Assembly: GCF_039654945.1 (NCBI RefSeq)
Contig: NW_027361672.1
Span: 11,222,001-11,286,000, forward strand
Origin: Dendrobates tinctorius
Taxonomy: Eukaryota
Reading direction: 5' to 3'
DNA: 64,000 bases
In this document: positions 48,205 through 59,299 of the stretch, one piece after another
Numbering within the stretch: the first letter of the stretch is position 1
How the letters are laid out: each line of letters begins with the position of its first letter
Position numbers and translations under genes: made by a program
Notes under the pieces: generated by a model
Database searches by the model: none
What the model was told of the DNA's origin: nothing
The model's input: only the letters and a program-made list of their open reading frames with translations

Positions 48205-49790
48205 AAGTGGCAGCTGAGAGGGAAGTGTCAATGGGGATGTTGAAGTCACCCATGATGATAGTGGGGATGTCAGCGGAAAGAAAATGAAGTAGCCAGGTGG
48301 TTAAGTGGTCGAAGAAGTGGTGGCTGGCCCTGGGAGGGGCGGTACATGACAGCTAATTGACACCTCAAAGGAAGGGAGGGTAACAGAGGATGGCAGTGGG
48401 ATTGGGGTGAAGGAGCAGTTATCTGGCAGGAGAAAACCAACTCCTCCGCCATGCGTGCTACTGGTGCGGAGGTGTGGGAAAGGTGGAATCCACCATACGA
48501 GAGTGCAGCAGGAGAGGCTGTGTCAGAGGGGGTGAACCAAGTTTCGGTGATGGCGAGGTAGGAAAGTTTGTGAGTAATGAAAATATCATGGATGTAGGAA
48601 AGTTTGTTGCAGACAGAGCGAGCCGTCCATAGAGCTCCTGTTAGTGGGACTGGGGAAGCAGTGGCTGGGAGAATGAGTATAAGGTTAGAGATGTTACGGA
48701 AAGTTGTGATAGAGCGTGGATGGGAGGTAGAAATGACTGTGGGAATGTAGTGAGGGGGACCAGGATTTGGAGCAATATCACCAGCAGTGAGGAGGAGCAG
48801 AGAAAGTGTTAGCAGGTGGGAACAGGAGAGGGCATGAGGGGGCTGTCTGTGTTTGGAGACAGATGATTGTATTTTGAGAAACAGTTCTGAGAAGGAGGTG
48901 AGATGGATGGGGAGGATTGAAGAAGAGATGAGCAGTTCCTTGCTAGGTGTAGGGACTAGGGGGTTAGCAGAGAGTGAAGTATTATAGGAGTGAGAGAGAA
49001 GACAAACAGAAACATTGTCTACAGTGACTGTATCCAGTTACCTTCAGTTCCCTTCTGGTTCAATTTTGGATTAATTCTGAGCTTCACAGTTGTATGATAC
49101 ACACGTATATGATGCACTCTGCAGACTGATGTCTTGGCAGACTTATGCTATGCATTATATGTGCAACAAAGTTCATTCAGGTGTGAAGCAGAGAGGAGTG
49201 GTCTATGCTCAACTTGGTCGGATAATTAGGAATAAGCCATATGTATACGATCAAGGAAGAGTAAACAAAGTCTTAAATAACATTGGGGGTATTGCAGGGG
49301 TCAGTTGAAAAGCATACCAAGTTTTGCAACAGTCTGAGGTAGGAAAGTTCAGTGTGGAAAAGCTGGGTGACGTACCAAGTTTTGCAACAGGTTAAGGTAG
49401 GAAAGTTCAGTGTGGGAAAGCTGGGTGACGTACCAAGTTTTGCAACAGGTTAAGGTAGGAAAGTTCAGTGTGGGAAAGCTGGGTGACGTACCAACTTTTG
49501 CAACAGGCTAAGGTAGGAGAGTTCAGTATGGAAAAGCTGGGAGACATACCAAGTTTTGCAACAGGCTGAGGTAGGAAAGTTCAGTGTGGAAAAGCTGGTT
49601 GACGTACCTGTAAGGAGAATAGTTATATGGACATGCTGATTAGTGTGCGATGATGTCAGATGACAGGGTGCAGTCTGTATACATCATTCTGGATTAATTC
49701 TGAGCTTCCCACTTGTATGATGCACACTTATATGATGCACGGTGCAGACTGATGTTTTGTCAGACTTTATGCTATTCTTATGCTTACTCC
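48205..49790 (-). mobile_element. 5' portion of a second L2 LINE (leader, 2A-like peptide, endonuclease)
   Basis: Minus strand: ATG ~49015, frameshift in a C-run, then LLLLTAGDIAPNPGP..LWTARS..AITETW..GDFNIPID. Confidence 0.8.
49310..49608. repeat. ~58-59-bp tandem array, 5 copies
   Basis: TACCAAGTTTTGCAACAGG..AGGTAGGAAAGTTCAGTGTGG.AAAGCTGGGTGACG; bracketed by ~90-bp direct repeats at ~49068 and ~49691. Confidence 0.9.
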
Positions 49791-50351
49791 CACACTACCT
49801 CCTCATCCCGCCGTCACTCTGTTGGATTCCCTCAAGGCTCTGTCCTAGGAGCCTTACTCTTCTCCATCTATATCATTGGCCTGGAACAACTGAAAGTCCC
49901 ATGGCGTACCATCTGGACGCTGATGACACTTAGATCTACCTCTCTGGCCCAGACATTACCTCTCTGCTGTCCAAAATCCCAGAGTGTCTATCAGCCATGT
50001 CCTCCTTCTCTTGTTTCCTTAATCTCAATGTCGACAAATCTGAACTCATAATTGTTTCCTCCCGCTCATGTATCTTCCATACCTGATCTATCTATCACAA
50101 TAAATTATATCACGCTTTCCCCTGTATCGGACATCCGCTGCCTCTGAATATCCCTTGCCTCTGCCTTGTCCTTCAAACCGCAAATTCAAGCTCTCACCAC
50201 CTCCTGTTGCTTCGAGCTCAAAATATTTCCAGAATCCATCCTTTCGTCAACCCATTTCTCTACTAAAATGCTTATGCATACCCTCCTAACCCCTCCTCAT
50301 GCACAGAACCATGGAATAAATGGTGCTATATAAATAAATAATAATAATAAT
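49791..50351 (+). mobile_element. L2 LINE 3' fragment
   Basis: GFPQGSVLG and ADDT motifs; tail GGTGCTATATAAATAAAT(AAT)n. Confidence 0.8.
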
Positions 50352-50559
50352 TTCAACACCGAAGCTACTGCGACAAGGAAGTCGCAAAAAATATGACGCA
50401 ATTGGTCTAGCGATTTTTTTCGCAGTCACAATGAGACCCCATTCACTTGTAATGTGCTGCGATATAGCAGTGATATGGTGAACATTAGTCGCGTGACAGT
50501 CCACGTGTAGCCCCAGCCTTAATCCTTACGCACATATAAACTTTTAAATAACATAATAT

Positions 50560-51470
50560 GCTCTCATTATTCTTTTCCATATCCTTTGGATTAGTTAATT
50601 TCTTGAATTTGAGAAGATTGCTGTGGAGCATTTGTCTCCATCAGGACAGTGACTGCACACTTGATTCATGGGTATGAGAAGATAAGCTGTTAATGGATGA
50701 ATCTATCTGCTGTTTTCTTGGTGATGGACACTGACCTTCTAGTTTAGGTTTGTGGCTAAACATTTGCCATGTAGGTAAATATTGATTAGGATAAACCAAA
50801 GTTCTTTGTTTAATGCAGGCGTCCTTAGGTTGATAAGTGATGTGTGAGATTTGTCATTTGTCATATATTGTGAAGAGGTATATTCCTGCAAACATTGCTA
50901 TTGGTGTAGTGTATATCACAAAGTATAGACTCACAGTCACTAAACTGCTGTAAAGTCTAACTGAGCTTCTTGTTATGAAATGAAGAAAAATCTTACACGA
51001 GTCATATAGACATTGCTTCAGAAGAGCAGGGGACATCACAATTTCTAAGAGCTTTGATATACTGTATATTTAACGTAAGCTAATAACAGGCCTGGGAAAA
51101 TGTAAGTAACTTGAGTTAAACAGGCATTTCATTTATCTATCAGGCATTTGCAGTTGGACTTTGAGCAGACATATAATGAGAAGTGGTGAGTGATTCCTGA
51201 AGATTCATCACATATGCATTGTCGGGTCCAGGAAGTGTCTTTCATCCAGGAGAAGATGGGATATCGCTAGCAAAGTATGCAACTAAGCATACTAAGTAAC
51301 TAAGGGCTTTGGTAACTCCTGTTTTAGCCTGGGTTTTATGCAATAACAGGCATGGTTTGGTTACAAGCTTGGTCTGGTTTTCTCTGTAGCCTTCAGTCAG
51401 ACCAGATGTTATCCTGATGAATTACTGGGTTTAGAAATATGTGCAATGTTGAGGGGGGAGGAAAAATGAA
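50560..51470 (-). mobile_element. Possible highly decayed Penelope-like RT fragment
   Basis: Weak motif echoes only (LVT.SLY; NIYLHGKCLATNL). Confidence 0.3.
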
Positions 51471-51507
51471 GTTACAGGAGGTGTTTTGACCGCTGATCTT
51501 CAGTTAA

Positions 51508-51899
51508 GGGGGTTTTACACATAGCGATCTCTCTAGCAATATCGCTAAAACGTCAATGGTTTTGTGACGTTATAGCGATATCGCTATGTGTGATACTTAC
51601 CTCCGACCGGCTCCCCCGCTGTCCATCGCTGATCGCGCCAGAATGTCCGGCTCCATTTCTCGTCGTCTGCTTCCTGCTGCGCTTCCTGCTGTGACGACGA
51701 GCGACGCGTGGAGGCTGGCGGGAGGACGTCTGGATCGCTGTGTGTGAAAGGTGAGTATCGTGCGCTGCGTCGCTGCTGCATCGCTGTGAGATCTTTCTGT
51801 ATGAAAGCTCACTAGCGATCATTTAGCGATGCACCAGCGATCCTGACCGGGTCATATCGCTGGTCGGATCGCTGGTGCATCGCTAAATGTAAAAGGGCC
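51508..51899. mobile_element. Harbinger-type MITE
   Basis: GGGGGTTTTACACATAGCGAT / ATCGCTAAATGTAAAAGGGCC; TAA/TTA-like flanks; ATCGCT repeats. Confidence 0.7.
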
Positions 51900-53165
51900 T
51901 TTAGTGCTATATTGGTATGAAGTAACACTAGAGTTGGGGCAAATCGGATTGCAGGACCCAGTCCATTGGCCACGTCACTAATCTGTGACCATTGGCAATC
52001 TCTGAAATTTGTGGCTAAATTGATGGCATTCATAGCTCTGCTTTTGATTAGCCAGTCTTGCTTTATCTCATCGTTGCAGCGTGACGTAGCATCCTTGTTT
52101 ATTTCTTTTTCAGGCATTTGGTAGGTCATGTGTATGTGGGAGGAATGGTCCCCCACGTTGAGTGTCCGGGCCGGAACCAAAGGAGCCGTCATCCAGGTTC
52201 CGGGGGAAACTGTTCCCGGGGGACAGAGTTCAGGGACGGACCGTTATGACAGACAGGAGAGCTAGGGGAGGGACCAGTATAAAGAGGGCGGGGAATTCCC
52301 CGGGCAATGAGTCAGCAGACCGGGACAGAGGCAGCTGGAGACGAAGGGAGCAACTGCAAGCGAGAGTAACTTACCAGGGCCAGGAAAGACGCTCACTGAG
52401 GGCCCCAGAGAGACTACACCAAGACGAACAGCTGAGACTCGTAGCCCCAGTCCAACCCGCGGCCGCTGCCGCCTCTCCACAGCCCGCGGCTGCGGCCTGC
52501 CCACGGTCACTGCCGCCTCTCCTCAGCCTGCAGCTGCGGCCTGTCCCCCGCCACCCGCAGCCGCCCCGCTCTCATCAGTGGCCACGGCAAGTACAGTGTC
52601 GTTGGCGGCCACCACTGTCCCGCTCCGATCCACAGCAGGAGCTGAGTCTCGGCTTGCCGCGGATTCCCCGTCGCAGCCGTTAGCTGCGCAGGTGGCCCGT
52701 CATTCGGCACTCGACATCGCTGCCGCTTGCCCCAGTCCAGGGGCTGCGGCCTATCCGTCCAAGGACTCCGCCGGGGCCCGTGGAGCTCCAGGGTCAACAG
52801 CGCGCCAGAGCGCGCGAAGATTCTGCCAACGCCTCAGCAACTTGGGCCCAGCAACTACTACGACGAAGGACCACCATCCCGAACAGCATGGGACATCTGG
52901 ACAGCTAAGTGACTGTATCATTACGGACCCGTAGTCGGCCATACCGCGGCCCTATAGTGACCGGCTATTACCGGGAGTAGTCGTGTTCTAACGTTTTGTG
53001 TTTGCTTGTATCCAGCCCCTGCGAGGGCAACCCGTGTTACCCCTTTTTTGTTGATCAAGCCTTGACTGAGGAAAGTTCCCTCTAGTCGTATAAACGTTAT
53101 TCTAGTAAGCACCAAATTGTCTCGCGACTCGTCACTGCATCCTGCGTACCTGCAAACACCACATT

Positions 53166-53183
53166 TGGCGTAGTCGGCAGGAT
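53166..53183 (+). promoter_or_regulatory. Primer-binding site, tRNA-Ser(AGA/TGA)
   Basis: TGGCGTAGTCGGCAGGAT, the complement of the vertebrate tRNA-Ser 3' end ATCCTGCCGACTACGCCA. Confidence 0.9.
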
Positions 53184-53940
53184 GCAGTCTCCGAGCGCCG
53201 ACAATGAGGGGGCCCCCGGCCCAGCATTTCTTTGGGGGCCATGCTGAGCAATCTGCCCAGGTTCTCCGGCAGCAGTACTATGCTGTGGAATTGGATGAAG
53301 CAAATTAGTGGGTTATTCAGGATGCATCCGCTTACCCCTGACCTAGAGGCAGAAGTGGCCCTGATGGCGTTGGACGGGGAAGCCCGGGATACTGTAATGT
53401 TGAGGCCCCGGGGGCAGCGAATTACCTTCGTGAGGGTGTTACAGATTTTAGAAGAGGCCTATGGGGACCCGGCCGATGTGGGGGAACTGAGAACCCAGAT
53501 GTTTAGATGCATGCAGAAAGAGGGGAAACAGTGACCCAGTATATGAATGTTTTGCAGGAACTGTTTTTAGCCATTGAAAGGAAGGATGGAGTCGGCGTGG
53601 GGACTGTGGACGTAACATTACGTAACCTGTTAGTGACTGGGTTACAAGACAACCTGACAAGACAGGCTTTGCGAGAGCGGGTGCGAGTGGACCCACATCT
53701 GACCTTTTCAGAGATAGGGAAGGAGGCACGGGTTCGGGAGCAGGAGCAGGAGGTGACGGTCCCCGTGGGGATGGCTCGGAGTATCAAAGCATCCGTAAGT
53801 GCCGTGAGCGAACCCCACTGGGTACAAGAGGTGAAGTGAGAGATACAGAGCATTAAAGGTGAACTGGCCGAATCCAAGAAAGCAGCCACAAGGAGTCGGC
53901 CAGGGCCAGGTTAAGGAGGCATGAACCATCGCGGCCCCCA
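53182..53940 (+). pseudogene. gag: Gypsy 3 gag, frameshifted
   Basis: LPRFSG..ALDGEARD..Q.EGETV.QY capsid-like motifs in ORFs 53232..53534 and 53507..53839. Confidence 0.8.
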
Positions 53941-53970
53941 AGACCATTTGCCTCTTACGATTGTGGAGAA

Positions 53971-56900
53971 TTGGGACGCCGCCCGAAGCTGGAGCCCATC
54001 ACACGGGGTGGAGGAAGTCGCGAAGACCTGGTCACGCGGTGCCCAGTGGTATGGGCAGAGATCGAAGGCCGTGCCGTGCGATGCCTAGTAGATACGGGAT
54101 CGCAAGTTACGACCATGCCAGAGACTGATTTTCGGCAGCATTTTCCCGAAGCAGTGAAACCTCAGTGGGGGACCGTGATAAAGTTGGTAGCCGCCAACCA
54201 GTTACCAGTTCCTGTCGTCGGAGTAGCCTGGATGCAGATTTCGATAATCGGCAAATCAATCGGCCGCCGGGGAGTGGTCCTGACCCAGGGAGACACAAAC
54301 AGCAAACATCCGGTTATTCTGGGTATGAACATACTATGAGAGTTCGGCCACCTCCTCCTCAATGAACCCACACAGGAGACTCTGAGCCACTGGGGTTCTC
54401 GCACGGCCCAAGGGCAGGTCTTCCAGCGGTTGCTGCGGGAGGCGCGAGTGCTCCAGGAGTGACAGGAGGGTGAGGCGTTGGGCAAGGTCATCGCACCGGT
54501 GGCCCCCCCGCTTGTGCTTCCTCCAGGGCAGACAGTGGTGGCTCTGCCGATCTGCGCCCCGATGCCACTGGAGGGCGTGGAGGTGCAGGTGGAACCATGT
54601 TACTCAGAGCGCCTGCACCCTGGCATACTGGTAGCCCGCTCCCTGGCCACGGTGCGGGAGGGGACCGTCCTGGTGCGTTGTGTCAACCTGGAAGACCAAG
54701 AAATTGCCCTGAAGCCCCCGGCCGAAATGGCCAAACTAGTGAGGCCTTTGGAGGAGATGCTGCCGGACCCCGTGGTCCAAGTTGAAGGTGCAGCCCGAAG
54801 ATCCTTGGGCAGTAACGGTACGAATCCAACAGTCTGTCGCACCCTCGACCCAAGAAAAAGGACAAGTCATCCTGGAGAGAATGCGGGCCGAACTCTCCGG
54901 CCTAGCACCAGCCCAGCTTCTCCAAGTAGAGACACTTCTTGGACAATTTTACAGTGTCTTCACCAGCCACGAGGATGACTTTGGATGTACCACAGCCATC
55001 ACGTATGGGATCCCCACGGCAGGAGCGGCCCCCATCCGGGAGCGATATCGGCAAATACCACCGCAGCTATACCAGGAAGTGAAGACTCTGTTAGCCCAAA
55101 TGCTCCGGAAGGGGGTCATACGGGAAAGCCAAAGCTCCTGGGCGGCCCCTATTGTCCTGGTTCGGAAAAAAGATGGCACCCTGCGTTTTTGCGTGGACTA
55201 TCGGAAGTTGAACGCCTGCACCATCAAGGATTTGTATCCACTGCCCAGCATAGAAGAGTCTCTGTCCGCCCTGGGGAATGCGACATACTTTTCAACCCTC
55301 AACCTGGCCGGTGGGTACTGGCAGGTGCCGATGTCGGAGGAAGACAGGGCCAAGATGGCATTCATCCTTCCCATGGGACTGTTCGAGTTCAATCGGATGC
55401 CGTTTGGGCTGGCCAACGCTCCAGTGACTTTCCAGTGGCTGATGGAGCGGTGTCTAGGAGACCTCAACTTTGAAGCCACGTTGATATACCTGGACGACAT
55501 TATCATCTATTCCGCCACGTTCGAGGACCACCTGAAGCAATTGGGGCAGGTGCTCGGCCGGCTGCAGAAGTACGGGTTAAAGGTAAAGCCCCAGAAATGC
55601 CACCTGTTCTGCACCCAAATCGAGTACCTGGGGCATATCGTCTCGGCAGAGGGCGTCCGACCCTCCCTGGAAAAGGTCGCTGCCATCCAGGGGTGGCCCA
55701 CCCCCGAGACGGTGAAGGACGTGCGGGCCTTCTTGGGGTTGGCCGGCTACTACCGTCGGTTCATGAAGAACTTTACACGCCGAGCTCAAGCCCTGCAAGA
55801 CCTGCTGAAGGGGGCTCCCGCCGGGTCGAATGGACGGAAGATCCAGTGGCAGCAGCCGCAGGAGGATGCGTTTCAAGATCTCAAGGCTGCTCTCTCGGAC
55901 GCCCCGGTATTGGCATATGCGGATTTCTCACAACTGTTCATCCTGCATACCGACGGGAGCCTCCAGGGACTAGGAGCTGTGTTGTCACAGGTGCAGAACG
56001 TCTGGGAGAGAGTGATCGCCTACGGTAGCCGATCGCTGCACAATTCAGAACGCAACCCGGACAATTACAGCTCCTTTAAGCTCGAGCTCCTCGCGGTAGT
56101 GTGGGCAATGATGGAGCGATTCGCAGAGTACCTGGCGGGCTCCGAGGTAGTAGTGTGGACCGATAACCCATTAGCCCATCTGGAGAATGCCAAACTGGGG
56201 GCCCTCGAGCAGCGGTGGGTGGCTCGGATGGCCAAATTCAATTATAAGATCATCTACAAACGGGGAGCTGAAAATGTGCACGCCGACACGCTCTCCAGAA
56301 TCCGACACACCACCCCAGGACGAAGTCGAGACGACGAATTGGAAGTAGACGAGACGCCATTCGCCCTTACCACCGCCGCGCTTACAGCCACTGCACAAGA
56401 AGCGCCTTAGCCGGGACCCTTAGAGAGAATGCTGGAACAGCCGCGCGACAAGTGGATCCAGCAGCAGCAGGAAGATGGAGAAATTGGACTCCTGCGCCGA
56501 TGGGTGGCCACCGGCAAATTGCCCACTGGCTCACAGAGACAGACTTTGACCCAGGATATGTTGCTGATGTTGCGCCAGTGGGAGAAACTAGTCATCAAAA
56601 AGGGACTTTTATATCGGAGAGCCGTGTCACAAACAACGTCTGTGCTAGCATGGCAGGTAATCGTGCCCAGAGCCCATCTCAGCCAACTGGCTCGGGAAGC
56701 CCACGAAAAGGGGGCTCACTTTCGTGCTCAAAAGACGTTGCAATGGCTGCAGCGGATAGTGTACCATGCACACTTGCACACTGCTGTGGAAGAAGTTTGC
56801 CGAACCTGCCGCCCATGTGAGCTCGCTAAACCTCCCGCGGAACGAGCCCCGGTGCAGACAATTGTAACATCAGCTCCCCTCGAGCTTCTCACGGTGGACT

Positions 56901-58055
56901 ATCTGACCATAGGTCCTGTCTACCAGGGGTATGAGCACTGTCTCGCTATGGTGGATCATTTCACCAAGTTCGCTGTGGTCACCCCCACCCGAGACCAGAC
57001 AGCGGAGTCGGCCGCCTATGCGATTTGTAAAAACTTTATCCAAGTGTACGGCTGCCCGCAACCAATACATTCGGACCAAGGAGCATGCTTCCTAGGAAGA
57101 GTCATGGAAGAACTACATCATCTCTACGGTATCGATAAGTCTCGGACTACACCATACCACCCGCAGGGAAACGGAGCCTGCGAACGATTCAATCGGACAC
57201 TAATCCAAATGCTGCGAACCCTGGAGAGCGACCGAAAGGCCCGCTGGCCTGAATACGTCCCTGAGCTGGTGTGGGTATATAATAACCGGGTGCACCGGGT
57301 GACTGATTACATCCCCTACTCATTGCTGTTTGGACGGGAAGGCAAAGGAATCACGGAAGTGGAGTTAAACCCGGAGGAACCTCTACCCTGGACCGGAGTA
57401 TCCTCGGGGTCCGAAACCACTGGCACCGGCTGCAGACCCTCCACCAAATCGTCCATACAAAGCTCCAGGATCTAGAACACCCGGGGGAGCGGTGCCCCCA
57501 CCAATTGACTTCCAGGCTGGGGATCGGGTACTCGTACTAGATCAGCGCCCCCAAAACAAGTTAGAACCAAGGTGGGAGAAGAACCCATACCGAGTGTTGC
57601 GCCGGATAAGCCCCGACGGGCCTGTGTATGAAATACAATCGGAAAGAGACAGTGCACCCCTCACTCGTACTGTGCACCGAAATATTTTGCGCCCCTGTGC
57701 GTCCACTGATCCCATACGACCTGAGCCGATCACTCAGGTCCCCGACCCCCCGTCAACAGTCTGGGACCTGGATGACGAAGAGCACTTCCCATCCACATCC
57801 GCAGGCCCTCCAAGTAATGACATTACAGCAGACCCAGTCAGCCCGCCAGAATCGACCAAATCACCACCACCCTCCACCCCAGAAAGCTCCACCCCGGTCG
57901 AACTTAGACGCTCCGAGCGGTCAACAGCTGGCAAACCCCCTGAACGTTACGAACAGGACCAGTTCGTATGGCGGCAAGGACTGTCGTCCCAAAAAGCTAA
58001 ACCGAGTCTACAAAAACCCTCACCCGAGGACTGGCGAGCCTACAGGGTGGGGGAG
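53971..58055 (+). pseudogene. pol: Gypsy 3 pol (protease, RT, RNase H, integrase) with stops and frameshifts
   Basis: LVDTGSQ; CVDYRKLN; YLDDIII; HTDGS; HSDQG; YHPQGNGACERFN; ELRRSER tail. Confidence 0.93.
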
Positions 58056-59299
58056 TGTGGGAGGAACGGTCCCCCCGTCGAGTGTCCGGGCCGGAACCAA
58101 AGGAGCCGTCATCCAGGTTCCGGGGGAAACTGTTCCCGGGGGACAGAGTTCAGGGACGGACCGTTGTGACAGACAGGAGAGCTAGGGGAGGGACCAGTAT
58201 AAAGAGGGCAGGGAATTCCCCGGGCAATGAGTCAGCAGACCGGGACAGAGGCAGCTGGAGACGAAGGGAGCAACTGCAAGCGAGAGTAACTTACCAGGGC
58301 CAGGCAAGACGCTAACTGAGGGCCCCAGAGAGCCTGCGCCAAGACGAACAGCAGACTCGTCGCCCCGCTACAGCCCGCGGCCACTGCAGCCCCAGTCCAA
58401 CCCGCGGCCGTTGCCGCCTCTCCACAGCCCGCGGCTGCGGTCGCCCGCAGCCGCCTCTCCTCAGCCTGCGGCTGCGGCCTGTCCCCCGCCACCCGCAGCC
58501 GCTCCGCTCTCACCAGTGGCCGCGGCAAGTAGTGTCGGCGGCCACCACTGTCCCGCTCCGATCCGATCCGCAGCAGGAGCTGAGCCTCGGCTTGCCGCAG
58601 ATTCCCCGTCGCAGCCGTTAGCTGCGCAGGTGGCCCGTCATTCGGCACTCGACATCGCTGCCCCTTGCCCCAGTCCAGGGGCTGCGGCCTATCCGTCCAA
58701 GGACTCCTCTGGGGCCCGTGGGGCTCCAGGGTCAACAGCGCGCCAGAGCACGCAAAGATTCCGCCAACGCCTCAGCAACTGGGCCCAGCAACTACTATGC
58801 CGAAGGACCACCATCCTGAACGGCATGGGACGTCTGGACAGCTAAGTGACTGTATCATTACGGACTCGTAGTCGGCCATACCGCGGCCTTATAGTGACCG
58901 GCTATTGCCGGGAGTATTCGTGTTCTAATGTTTTGTATTTGCTTGTATCGAGCCCCTGCGAGGGCAACCCGTGTTACCCCTTTTTTGTTGATCAAGCCTT
59001 GACTGAGGAAAGTTCCCTCTAGTCATATAAACGTTATTCTAGTAAGCACCAAATTGTCTCGTGACTCATCACTGCATCCTGCGTACCTGCAAACACCACA
59101 TGTATACTCGGGGTAGTCAAACACCACTGTTGCAGGATCTGGGTGGAGGCGCTAATAGTTTTTACTGCCTGACTTCTGCTGAACAAATGAATACCTAATA
59201 TAAATTTAGATGATTAGTTAGTCTTAGGGTATGTGTTGGGGGTTTGAGGTGTCCAGGTAGAGGTAGCACTTCAGGTGGCGGGCTTGCCATGTCTTTTCA

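Larger units (their letters stand above)
52135..59100 (+). mobile_element. Full-length decayed Ty3/Gypsy LTR retrotransposon 3
   Basis: LTRs 52135-53163 and 58056-59100; TGTA TSD; PBS; PPT AGGGTGGGGGAG; same RNase H signature (ERNPDNYSSFKLE) as Gypsy 1. Confidence 0.96.

Noticed and set aside
53166-53183. tRNA gene
   Set aside because: Only the 18-nt complement of a tRNA 3' end, that is a PBS.
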